30,329 nucleotides of DNA, from positions 69,587 through 99,915 of the IMG/VR virus record IMGVR_UViG_3300017766_003306; one strand, given 5' to 3'. This DNA comes from a virus. Lineage: Duplodnaviria > Heunggongvirae > Uroviricota > Caudoviricetes. Positions within the stretch are counted from its first letter, which is position 1. The number at the start of each line of letters is the position of its first letter. The notes below the pieces were generated by a model. The model ran no database searches, was not told where the DNA came from, and saw nothing but the letters and a program-made list of their open reading frames with translations. A program made the position numbers and the translations under genes. Shown piece by piece: positions 16,626-25,768 of this stretch.

Positions 16626-18173
16626 ATGATTCAAGATAATTCAGAAGGCTCGTCCCCCTCTATCCTAGATGATATGTTGTCAGAAGCACTCGACGACCCC
16701 CAAGACTTTCACGATTCTACGACGATAGAATTAGATGGAGATGAAGATATAGACGATCCTTTAGAAGCATTTGCAGAAGATACGTCTTTATCTAATGAAG
16801 TATTTAGAGAGCTTTTCCCTATAAAATTATTAGCAAAGCTCTGTATAGAAAACGACTATCCCGCATATAGACGTATTGATAAGCGTCTCTTGACGCTCAC
16901 ACAAAGCTCTACAGCATTCTACAATGTCGTAAACTTATTCGCAGAGCGTGAGAGACGTTTACCTAACTTAGAAGAGCTTAGAGATCATAGTATCGGCTTC
17001 ACTAAAGATACATTGACTGGATCTATAGAGCATTACTTAGAAAAGACGATCGAAATCTATAGGCTTAATAATTTATCTAAAATCTTCTCAGAGATGCAAG
17101 ATCATTTAATTAAAGAAGAGTTTTCTCCTCTAGGTAGTAAAATATCAGAAATACGAGATATTTTACAATGCGGTAGCGAGCCTGAGCATTTGAGTCTAAG
17201 AACTCTAGGTGAAGTTATTGATCAAGTTATTATTTCTTCTGCGAATGTTGGGCTATCGTGTGGCAGTCATATTATTACTACTGGGTATGCAGAACTAGAC
17301 GATCTACTTATAGGGGGATATAGACCTCAAAACTTATATGTGATTGCGGGTAGACAGAAGATAGGTAAAACTACTTATTTACTTAATATGGCGTGGCACG
17401 CATGGCGTTCAGGAAAGCGTGTATTAGCCTTGTCGGGTGAGATGTCAGTAGAAGAGCTAGGCTCTAAAGTATTGAGTTACGCAACTCCAATCTCTTCAAG
17501 ATCTTTACTTAGGGGGGAAGTTACGTCTGTTGGATACGACGAAATGCGGAGAGCGGGCATCTTAGAATCAACAGATGGCTCTATGCCTGCTGAGTTTTGG
17601 ATTAAGCCTGTGACACGAGGTGTAACATTAGAGACAATAGAATCTATTATAGAAGAATATGCTCCTGATGCAGTATACATCGACTCAGCACACTTAATCC
17701 CCGCAAAAGAGAACACAAGCAGATTCTATAAGCCTATGGATCAACTCGTAGACACTGTTTACAAATTAAAAGACATGACTGCTAAGTGGGGTATCCCTAT
17801 CATTGTAACGACTCACTTAAACAGAAGTGCTGAGTTTACGAGGAAAGCATCTAGGGCTTCTATTCTTCCTGACTTATCGACTATTGCAGGTACAGATGAA
17901 TGGGCGAAAAGTGCGTCTGTTGTGTTTGGTATAGTTACGCCTTCAGACGATACTAAACGGATCATCACAATTATGACAAGTAGAACGTGTAGAACAGCGT
18001 CGTTCTTAGCTCACTATCTTCCTGAAGCTACAGCAAACTTAAGTATCATAGAAGAGTATACCCCTGAAGTTGAAGAGCATAGCGAAAGCCAAGAGCGGGG
18101 CGTTAATAGTCGAGTAACAAGAGCGTCTATGGCTCAAAGATTAACACAAACACAGTGGATAGCAGAAGCATAA
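16626..18173 (+). CDS. dnaB: Replicative DNA helicase, DnaB family
   Basis: TGYAELDDLLIGGYRPQNLYVIAGRQKIGKTT (Walker A), SGEMS, VYIDSAHLI (Walker B), THLNR. AGGAG SD. Acidic N-terminal extension. Confidence 0.92.
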   Translation: MIQDNSEGSSPSILDDMLSEALDDPQDFHDSTTIELDGDEDIDDPLEAFAEDTSLSNEVFRELFPIKLLAKLCIENDYPAYRRIDKRLLTLTQSSTAFYNVVNLFAERERRLPNLEELRDHSIGFTKDTLTGSIEHYLEKTIEIYRLNNLSKIFSEMQDHLIKEEFSPLGSKISEIRDILQCGSEPEHLSLRTLGEVIDQVIISSANVGLSCGSHIITTGYAELDDLLIGGYRPQNLYVIAGRQKIGKTTYLLNMAWHAWRSGKRVLALSGEMSVEELGSKVLSYATPISSRSLLRGEVTSVGYDEMRRAGILESTDGSMPAEFWIKPVTRGVTLETIESIIEEYAPDAVYIDSAHLIPAKENTSRFYKPMDQLVDTVYKLKDMTAKWGIPIIVTTHLNRSAEFTRKASRASILPDLSTIAGTDEWAKSASVVFGIVTPSDDTKRIITIMTSRTCRTASFLAHYLPEATANLSIIEEYTPEVEEHSESQERGVNSRVTRASMAQRLTQTQWIAEA

Positions 18174-18189
18174 ATAGGAAGGTAGAATT

Positions 18190-21100
18190 ATGTCAAACAA
18201 TATAAGAAAGTCGGGTAATTTTTATTTACAGTCTGTCAAAGAAGGAGAGCCATTAGACAAGTCTAATATAGTCTTGATCGTTTTAGATCCCCTTAACGAA
18301 GAAGTAAACAGACTTAAAATGCCCCTACACCCCGAGTCTATAAACCTACTCGCCCAATCATTTAAAGCGTCGGGTAATAGTTTTTCAGATATTGTGATGG
18401 TTAATTGCTGTGGCTTAATCCCTAAAGATCAGCAAGGGTCTGAGACTCAAAAATTAAATTATGGTAAGACTCAGCAGGAAGAATTACACTCTATTATTAA
18501 ACGCCTTAACCCTAAACTAATCATCACTATGGGGTCTCTAGCATTAAAACTTACCGCAATGAGTAATGATAAGATTACAAAGACGCGGGGCAAGTTTAGA
18601 GAGATCAGCGTTATGGGTAAGCACTTCGTGATGTTCCCTACTTACTCCCCAAGCATGATATTTCACTCATTATCGAATGTTGGCGTATTTAATGCAGATA
18701 TAGATAGAATCTCTAAATACATAAACAACGGATTTTCAGAATCGGACAAGCTCGATGGAGTAGTAGATTACTCTTATTGTACAGACTTATCAGAGCTACT
18801 CGACTTGTCCCCTAAACGCATTGTGATAGATACTGAGACTACTGGGTTAGACGTAAGACTCCCTGACGTTTTCCCCTTCTTATGCCAAATTACCTACAAA
18901 GAAGATCACTCTCTATTAGTCCCTATTCAAGACGGATGGAGGATGAAAGAACTGCCTAGAGATCAAGACAAATTATCTAGGCATCTTAGAGAATTACTTT
19001 CTAATCCTAAAGTTTCTAAAATAGGGCATAACTTGAAGTTTGATACTCGTATGCTCCAAAAAGTAGACTTTCCCGTGAAAGGGGTGCTACACGATACGAT
19101 GCTCTTATGTAGAGCTTTAGATGAGAATATGCTAGACAAGTCTTTAAATACTTGCGTCGCTACTTTTGTCCCTAAGTTTGCAGGGTTCAATGATGAAATC
19201 GAAAAAACCCTAGACAAGTCTAAGATGATCGAATGCGACTTAGAGACTCTAAGAGTTTATGCAGGGAACGATACGAACGCTACGTTTAAACTGTTTAATG
19301 TCGTACATGAGAGAGTTAAACAGGACTCGGGGCAATATGGGTGGTACAAAAAAGTAGCTATCCCTGCAATGTCTGTAATCAGCAATCACTTAGAGACGAA
19401 CGGACTAACTATAGATGAAGAAGAGCTTAGACGGGTAAGCATTATCTTATCTAAAGAAGTAAAAGATCTTAGTAATGAGATTTTAGGGATGTGTAGTGAG
19501 TATTTTATCTCTCACTACATTACTACGTCAGGGGGGAAAGCCCCAAACTTAGCGAGCATACCGTTTAAGACCGCTATGCTCTTCTCTAAAGAAGGGTTTA
19601 ACTTGTCCCCTTTAGAGTTTACAGACGCTACTAAAAACAGCAAAAAACCTGTACCCTCTACAAACTCTAAGCACTTAAATAAGATCAAAGATCAGCACCC
19701 GATCATAGATAAGCTACTCGAATACTCTGTTTTGAATAAGCTATCTACGACTTATGTAGGTAGTCCTAAGACTAATCTGAAGCCTGCAAAGGGTCTGTTT
19801 CAGCATATTGTAAAAGGGCGTATTAACCCTTCTTATCACTTACATACGACTGTTACGGGGAGATTATCTTCTAGTAATCCTAATGGTCAGAATCTTCCTA
19901 AGCGAGGTAAGCAAGCAAAGACATTAAGGCGGGCTTTTGTAGCTCCTGAAGGCTATTCTTACGTCGAGTGTGTTAAGAAGGGAACATTAGTTACGACAGA
20001 CAGAGGTCTGCGTCGTGTGGAGACGCTAGAAGTTGGGGACAACGTATTAACGCACTTGAACAGGTTTAAGCCTGTGACGAAGCGTATGTCGTCGAATAAG
20101 ATAGGATATACAATAGAGTTAGACGATGGGAACACGATAGAATGCTCTACTAATCACCCTTTCTTGACTATAAGAAAAGGAAAACTATGTTGGGTAGAAG
20201 CAAAGCACTTGTCAAAGACCGATCATTTACTCTACACGCATAGAGATCCTTATGCTTCAACGATGTCTAGTGATGAGTTTTGGTTTGGGTATCATTCTGT
20301 CAAAGATGGTGGGTATAATAGCGTAGAGATCCCCGAGAATGCTCTCACACTTAGCGAAGAAGCGATGTGTGGCGTAGTTGCTAAGCTCTTTAACGTGTGT
20401 GGGTCTTATCATGCTTCGTCATTCTGTTACGTCTCCAATAGTAGAGAAGATAGAGACATCGTAGCTACTATGTGTAGGCATTTAGGATACTTCGGCGTTT
20501 CCCCTGAAGCCTCTGTACATGATCAATTTAGTTATGTGATATGTGATCAAGACATTTTAAAGTGTCTACCCATTCCCTCTCAGTACAATAAAAACAATCC
20601 CTATAAAGCTTTATGGGACACTGCTGAGAGAGAGTGCATTACTGCCCTCATACCGTCTGAAGAAATATCAATGTGTAAAAAGCAGTTAGCGTCCCATTAT
20701 TGTGATCCTGTAGCGAAGATTTGGAGTCCTATTCCTAGCTATAAGCCTCTAGTAACTAGAACTAGGCTTAAAGAAGCTATACACGCAGTCCCCCAACTAT
20801 ACGCTTTAAAGCAGTTACTCAACTACAGACACATACAGATCAAAAGCATAACGCTAATGAAAGAAGAGCAAGAGTACTTAGACATCACAGTCGAAGACGA
20901 CAAAAGCTTTCATGCAAACAGCATTATCGTTCATAACTGCGACTTCTCACAGATGGAGTTACGGATCATGGCATGGATTGCTAATGTGAAGGGTATGTTA
21001 AAAGCATATTCTGAAGGGCAAGACTTACATGAAGTTACTGCGTGTGGTAACATAATCAACACTGACCCTATAGCTAAAAAGATCTTTAGAGAGCAAGGCA

Positions 21101-21795
21101 TAGATGGAGTAGTAGACTGGTTCCACGAACTTAAGAAATTAGACGATGGAGACCCCTACAAAGCATTCTACAATAAGAAACGACAGGATGCTAAGGGCTT
21201 GAACTTTGGTAACATTTACTTAGTTCAACCTAGAGGGTTGCTTGAGTTTTGTAAGACGACTTACGGTCGTGTAGACATGACGTTAGATGATGCTGAAACA
21301 GAGCAAGAAGCCTACTATAAACAATATCCCGAACTACTCACTTACTTTGATTACTGCCGTAGATTTATCTTAAAGCATGGGTACATAAGAAATGTCTTAG
21401 GTCTAAAGCGTAATCTACCTGACGCATTCTCTGCTACGAATTATAAAGTAGCTGAAGCTGTGAGACAAGGCGTAAATGCGACTGATCAAGGCGTAGGAGC
21501 AATCTTAGCAACGCTCGGTCTTATTGCAGTTGGGGATTGGATAGATAGTCTAGCAGAAATGATATGCTCGATCTATTTATGTGGGATGATTCACGATAGT
21601 TTGGTACTGATCATTAAAGATACGGAACTCGATAATCACATCCCAATAATCGTAAACCTCCTAGAGAATCCCCCAGTTAAAAAACTCTTTAACGTAGATA
21701 TGCCCGTAGAGCTACCAGTAGACGTGCAAGTAGGAAAGAACTTAGCAGAAATGAAAGACTACACTCTTCCTAAATACAGAGTAAGTAAAGCTTAG
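18190..21795 (+). CDS. polA: Family A DNA polymerase with N-terminal UDG-like domain, 3'-5' exonuclease and an intein
   Basis: ExoI IDTETTGL, ExoII HNLKFD, ExoIII YAGND. TVTGRLSSSNPNGQNLP, motif A E/CDFSQMELR, motif B RQDAKGLNFGNIY, motif C IHDS. Confidence 0.95.
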   Translation: MSNNIRKSGNFYLQSVKEGEPLDKSNIVLIVLDPLNEEVNRLKMPLHPESINLLAQSFKASGNSFSDIVMVNCCGLIPKDQQGSETQKLNYGKTQQEELHSIIKRLNPKLIITMGSLALKLTAMSNDKITKTRGKFREISVMGKHFVMFPTYSPSMIFHSLSNVGVFNADIDRISKYINNGFSESDKLDGVVDYSYCTDLSELLDLSPKRIVIDTETTGLDVRLPDVFPFLCQITYKEDHSLLVPIQDGWRMKELPRDQDKLSRHLRELLSNPKVSKIGHNLKFDTRMLQKVDFPVKGVLHDTMLLCRALDENMLDKSLNTCVATFVPKFAGFNDEIEKTLDKSKMIECDLETLRVYAGNDTNATFKLFNVVHERVKQDSGQYGWYKKVAIPAMSVISNHLETNGLTIDEEELRRVSIILSKEVKDLSNEILGMCSEYFISHYITTSGGKAPNLASIPFKTAMLFSKEGFNLSPLEFTDATKNSKKPVPSTNSKHLNKIKDQHPIIDKLLEYSVLNKLSTTYVGSPKTNLKPAKGLFQHIVKGRINPSYHLHTTVTGRLSSSNPNGQNLPKRGKQAKTLRRAFVAPEGYSYVECVKKGTLVTTDRGLRRVETLEVGDNVLTHLNRFKPVTKRMSSNKIGYTIELDDGNTIECSTNHPFLTIRKGKLCWVEAKHLSKTDHLLYTHRDPYASTMSSDEFWFGYHSVKDGGYNSVEIPENALTLSEEAMCGVVAKLFNVCGSYHASSFCYVSNSREDRDIVATMCRHLGYFGVSPEASVHDQFSYVICDQDILKCLPIPSQYNKNNPYKALWDTAERECITALIPSEEISMCKKQLASHYCDPVAKIWSPIPSYKPLVTRTRLKEAIHAVPQLYALKQLLNYRHIQIKSITLMKEEQEYLDITVEDDKSFHANSIIVHNCDFSQMELRIMAWIANVKGMLKAYSEGQDLHEVTACGNIINTDPIAKKIFREQGIDGVVDWFHELKKLDDGDPYKAFYNKKRQDAKGLNFGNIYLVQPRGLLEFCKTTYGRVDMTLDDAETEQEAYYKQYPELLTYFDYCRRFILKHGYIRNVLGLKRNLPDAFSATNYKVAEAVRQGVNATDQGVGAILATLGLIAVGDWIDSLAEMICSIYLCGMIHDSLVLIIKDTELDNHIPIIVNLLENPPVKKLFNVDMPVELPVDVQVGKNLAEMKDYTLPKYRVSKA
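19969..20937 (+). mobile_element. Intein (323 aa) in polymerase motif A, with a degenerate LAGLIDADG remnant
   Basis: Starts CVKKGTLV, block B STNHPF, ends YLDITVEDDKSFHANSIIVHN, +1 residue Cys. Removal restores GYSYVE-CDFSQMELR. Confidence 0.93.
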
Positions 21796-23006
21796 TTTAA
21801 TTCGTCTAAGAACTGACTCTCCCCTAAGAAGGGGGCAGTTCTTACGTCTACTTTTCTACCCCTCTTACCGCCTTTACCTCGTTTTCTGCCTTTTTTAGCC
21901 TTTTTATTCTTTGTAGGTAAAGGCTCAGGTAAGAACGCTTCTAGCCCCGTCAACGTAAGATCCACTGTAGTACCCGCCTCTGCATCATAATTAAGAGATA
22001 GATCTTTTATGATAAGCTCCCCATCTACATAGCCAACTTTGTCCGAAAACTTGACTTGCTTATGCACGTCGTAGAAGTCTAATGTTCTTGGATCTCTGTA
22101 GCCAAACAAAGACACTGAGTGGGTTATAGATCTAGCACGTCTTACGCTCGCTTCCCACTTTGCCCGCTCAAGTAATTCAGAGTATTTTACGCTATCTTTT
22201 TCTATGCAAATATCGCACTTCAAGTACTTAGGCATACCCTCATCATAAGCGACAGCTTTAGCATAGACGGATTGGGTTGTTACTGGGGTCTTAGACTTAG
22301 CACTTCCCCTCTTCCCGTGAACTGTATACTGATAAAATCTCTCTTCATTATTGATAGATACATCAACGTCAGTAGCCGTGTTTCCATCTTCTGTTAAGTC
22401 AATGTACATACGGGATTGATTCGCTTTGTTACCGCGTATCAAATAGATATTATTCTCTGCGTCAGCATACATAGACACGCCATATCTTCTACAGATTCTA
22501 TCGAGATATTCAAAAACTGTCGTATCTGGCGTAGAGTTGAATTGATCTTTTTCTAAAAGCTCAGCCCCAACATCGCTCACATCTATAATATCTACATTGA
22601 ATACTTCTAGCTTTTTTAATACTTTTTTACAGACCTGTAGCAAGCTCATCTTACCTGCTATGACGATATTCTCCCCTATCGTACTGTTCAAAGCTAATGT
22701 AGTATCAGATAAAGCTTCTATCGTGATAGAAATTGAGTTGCCTGTTTGCTTAGATGAGAGCTTGCTTAAATACCCTTTAAAGTAAGTCTTACCCGTTAAA
22801 TACAGTGATATTCTTGCATTGCTTGGTAGATTTGTAGCATCTCCCCCTTCGTTTATTGTTAAGCTAGCCGTAAACTTCCTAGCCGTAGAATCCATTGCCC
22901 AAGAAACAGATAAATTATCTACAAACCTAGTAATATCATTCCCTTGAGACGTAAGCTTGATCTCAGGAAAGATGTTTGTATCTGTTCTTTTGTTTCGTAC
23001 AGGCAT
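21792..23006 (-). CDS. Baseplate hub, Mu gp44-like
   Basis: TVFEYLDRICRRYGV.MYAD, ERFYQYTVHG, ERAKWEASVRRARS. Start reassigned to ATG 23006 (MPVRNK) to avoid overlap with the upstream gene. K/R/G-rich C-terminal tail. Confidence 0.8.
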   Translation of the reverse strand: MPVRNKRTDTNIFPEIKLTSQGNDITRFVDNLSVSWAMDSTARKFTASLTINEGGDATNLPSNARISLYLTGKTYFKGYLSKLSSKQTGNSISITIEALSDTTLALNSTIGENIVIAGKMSLLQVCKKVLKKLEVFNVDIIDVSDVGAELLEKDQFNSTPDTTVFEYLDRICRRYGVSMYADAENNIYLIRGNKANQSRMYIDLTEDGNTATDVDVSINNEERFYQYTVHGKRGSAKSKTPVTTQSVYAKAVAYDEGMPKYLKCDICIEKDSVKYSELLERAKWEASVRRARSITHSVSLFGYRDPRTLDFYDVHKQVKFSDKVGYVDGELIIKDLSLNYDAEAGTTVDLTLTGLEAFLPEPLPTKNKKAKKGRKRGKGGKRGRKVDVRTAPFLGESQFLDELN

Positions 23007-23038
23007 AGTATGGGGTCTCTTAAAGTATTGTAAGTTTC

Positions 23039-24475
23039 TTATATGATCGTTAGTGAGTCGGGAGTTTCCCCTATGTCTAACCACTTGTTTAAGGCTTTAC
23101 TGTTTGAGTTTCGTACATTCCACTCATAAATAGATAGAATAGAGTCTAAATCCCCAGTATTCTGATAAACTACTGATCTGAGAGGCTTATTGTACGTCGA
23201 TACTTTAAGCTCTGAGAAGGATAAGTCAGCTTGCTTGAAGTCTTCTAAATAAGTAGCAACGGATATATCTACGAACTCTGATACTGTCGCTATAGTGTTA
23301 TCGGATATTCTCGAAAACCGTCTTAGACTTAATAAGCCTCTCTTGCACACTTTTATAGACTCTGTGAATGTGTCGAATGATTTTGGGGTGTAGTTTTTCA
23401 GATAGTCTGAATAAGACAATAACGATAAAGCGAACGTATACTCTGTCAAGTACTGCATTCTATCCATCGCTTCTACAGTTGCGAGATCTTGAAACTGGGA
23501 CGCATTATTTTCAACGAGTAATGCGTCTTGTGCTAGTCTTGAAGTCATACTAGCTACAAGCTCCGCTAGACTTTCTACTGCCGTGTTATCTTCATCTACT
23601 TCCCCTACATTAGGGAACCCTAATACAGATACTTGTTCCGATTTTTGGGAAATATCGGCAGAAGACGTGACTATGCCTAATATCAATGCGGGAGTATTCT
23701 CATTCAAGAAGGGAGACTTAGGGGAACTAGAAAATACTTTGCCTAACGTAGAAGAGACTTGCCCCCGTATTTGGCTTATGACGCTATTCGGGTATTTGAG
23801 TATGCTGACCCCTCCAACTAACCCTCCAAATGTAGCAATAACTCCAAATACCGCTCCCGATACTGCTGACGTAGCAGAAGAAACTATGCCTAAAATCTTA
23901 GATTGAGTCTGCATAACCGCAGTAACTTTAGCTAAGTTAGCGAGTAAAGGGGCAATCAGTAGCTTTAATTTAGCTTGCAAAGACAAGAGCTTTGTCTTGA
24001 CCATAGGCAATAATTCTACTTGCAATCGTTCTGAGAACTCTTCTTGAAGTTGATCGTGTATTCTGTCTAAGCGTATCTTTATTTTTGGGGCTTTGTAAGA
24101 CTTAGGGGGAGTGATCTCAAGTAGAGTTACTTCTATAGTAGAGAGTAAATAATTCTCAAAACTTTCAGATACTTTAATGCTTTTTCTATCTACCGCTACA
24201 ACTGTTTGACCTTGAAAAGGGTGTACAAATGATTGAGGTACGCCCGACTGTAGAACTTCTAGTATATCCCTAAGATTTTCTTGATATTGTATGAGATTCT
24301 CCCCCTTAACGTAGATCGTTATATTAAAATCTCTTAGACCTAGCATTATTGGCTCATAGTATCTTTTACTGTTTGCTATAGGTGTGTGAAACACGTCCCC
24401 TGAAGTATCATACGAAGTAGGTATCTCTGCGTCGATCTCTATATACAATTTTCCTAGCGTTACAACGTATGACAT
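23039..24475 (-). CDS. DNA circularisation / tail initiator protein, Mu gp43-like
   Basis: N-terminal domain ending FVHPFQG (family LVHP..G), helical middle, position before the gp44-like gene. Confidence 0.7.
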   Translation of the reverse strand: MSYVVTLGKLYIEIDAEIPTSYDTSGDVFHTPIANSKRYYEPIMLGLRDFNITIYVKGENLIQYQENLRDILEVLQSGVPQSFVHPFQGQTVVAVDRKSIKVSESFENYLLSTIEVTLLEITPPKSYKAPKIKIRLDRIHDQLQEEFSERLQVELLPMVKTKLLSLQAKLKLLIAPLLANLAKVTAVMQTQSKILGIVSSATSAVSGAVFGVIATFGGLVGGVSILKYPNSVISQIRGQVSSTLGKVFSSSPKSPFLNENTPALILGIVTSSADISQKSEQVSVLGFPNVGEVDEDNTAVESLAELVASMTSRLAQDALLVENNASQFQDLATVEAMDRMQYLTEYTFALSLLSYSDYLKNYTPKSFDTFTESIKVCKRGLLSLRRFSRISDNTIATVSEFVDISVATYLEDFKQADLSFSELKVSTYNKPLRSVVYQNTGDLDSILSIYEWNVRNSNSKALNKWLDIGETPDSLTII

Positions 24476-24524
24476 TATAGTATTTCCTGAGTGTTTTATA
24501 TGACCGTATAATTATTAGTCTCTT

Positions 24525-24932
24525 TTAGAAATTAGAACTACTAGGCAATCCCGCTTCTCCTAGAAGCGTTAAATATATTCTCCCCCCACCCCGTCTACGT
24601 TCTGAGTAACGAGGGACAGATACGACTTTGTATCTTTGTCCGTATGCTTCTATTTGCCAGGTAGAATTTAAGTCTGAGGGGATTCTATCTACATATACAA
24701 CATGGGTCACTTGTATATCTATTGTTTGCTTGCCATACTTATCTAAATTATAAGAGCGTGTCACTTGATTGAGGAGACCAAATGCAGGGTATTTTTTCTC
24801 TTCTGTAGGGGCTACAGATATATGATCTTCATTTAATCTACTCGATAAGAGTCTTACGAAGTAGAGTTTATCTCTACGTTCCCCTATTGCGGGTAGCATT
24901 CTTAATTTTTTTATAGGTAATTGTCTTGGCAT
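24525..24932 (-). CDS. Head closure / head-tail adaptor (SPP1 gp16-like)
   Basis: GERRDKLYF...THVVYV....WQIEAYGQRYKVVSV...ERRR pattern. Follows the connector gene. Confidence 0.7.
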   Translation of the reverse strand: MPRQLPIKKLRMLPAIGERRDKLYFVRLLSSRLNEDHISVAPTEEKKYPAFGLLNQVTRSYNLDKYGKQTIDIQVTHVVYVDRIPSDLNSTWQIEAYGQRYKVVSVPRYSERRRGGGRIYLTLLGEAGLPSSSNF

Positions 24933-24952
24933 GATATAAATCTCTCTCTCTC

Positions 24953-25696
24953 TTAATACATATAGTCTAATTCAGGAAAAGTGTATACTTTACCTAAAGC
25001 TAAGCAAGAATTGTTATAGAACTCGGGGTATCTGTAGTGGTCGTTCAGGTACGGAGCAATGACGGCATTCAGTGCTAAGCCCTGATCATCATCCCCTGCA
25101 TTCCTGTACAAATACGCTACAGACATTAAGAGAGCTTGTTTTAGCTCGTCAGGTAATGTGTCTTCCGTAAAGCCTGCAGATAGCTGTACAGTCATTCTGT
25201 CTGAATCTAGGCAATTTATCTTTGTGCCTGAAATAGATACATCATTATTTCTAATTATCGCAGTTGGGGTAGCAGTTGTAAGCTCCCTTAATGGGATATA
25301 GTCAGATGTTTGTATTACTCTATCAGAAGTCTTTACTGAGTGTACTGCTAAAACATTAGGAAAAGGCAATAATATGAACGGTATCTTAGAGCTACTCGCT
25401 GTAATGATTTCTACTTCGTACGTTTGTGGAAGTATAGGTCTACAAAGCAACGTAGATAAGTGAGAGTTTGCTGAGCGTAAATACGCTGTAAGCTGTGATG
25501 TTTCTTGATTATTAAGAACATCATCCTCTGATTCTTCAAATGGGATTATTCCTAGATGATCTCTTAAGTCTTGTATAGGGAGTAAGTAAGGGTAATCGTA
25601 GCTATCAGGCTTTTTTGCTACTGCTGTATACACACTATGTATGCCCGTAAGCTCTCTAGCATAACCATATTCTGCTATTTCTGAAAGATAACCCAT
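24953..25696 (-). CDS. Head-tail connector (HK97 gp6 / phiE125 gp8-like)
   Basis: LRDHLGI...LTAYLRSA....LCRPILPQTY, LPFPNVLAVHSVK, SAGF...LPDELKQALLMSVAYLYRN. Confidence 0.85.
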   Translation of the reverse strand: MGYLSEIAEYGYARELTGIHSVYTAVAKKPDSYDYPYLLPIQDLRDHLGIIPFEESEDDVLNNQETSQLTAYLRSANSHLSTLLCRPILPQTYEVEIITASSSKIPFILLPFPNVLAVHSVKTSDRVIQTSDYIPLRELTTATPTAIIRNNDVSISGTKINCLDSDRMTVQLSAGFTEDTLPDELKQALLMSVAYLYRNAGDDDQGLALNAVIAPYLNDHYRYPEFYNNSCLALGKVYTFPELDYMY

Positions 25697-25736
25697 GATC
25701 TAATAGCTCCTGATAAAGATTATATAATCTAATATC

Positions 25737-25745
25737 AGTATAGCA
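25737..25745 (-). promoter_or_regulatory. Extended -10 promoter (TGCTATACT) upstream of the connector gene
   Basis: TGnTATACT in the 72-nt gap before ATG 25696. Confidence 0.45.
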
Positions 25746-25768
25746 TTTAATAGGCTTAGTTAATAGAG

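Noticed and set aside
21821-21834. CCCCT-AAGA-AGGGG hairpin as the polymerase terminator
   Set aside because: Only a 5-6 bp stem with a poor U-tract, lying inside the gp44-like coding sequence.
23007-23084. Track start (GTG 23084) for the gp44-like gene
   Set aside because: It overlaps the upstream gene. ATG 23006 fits better.
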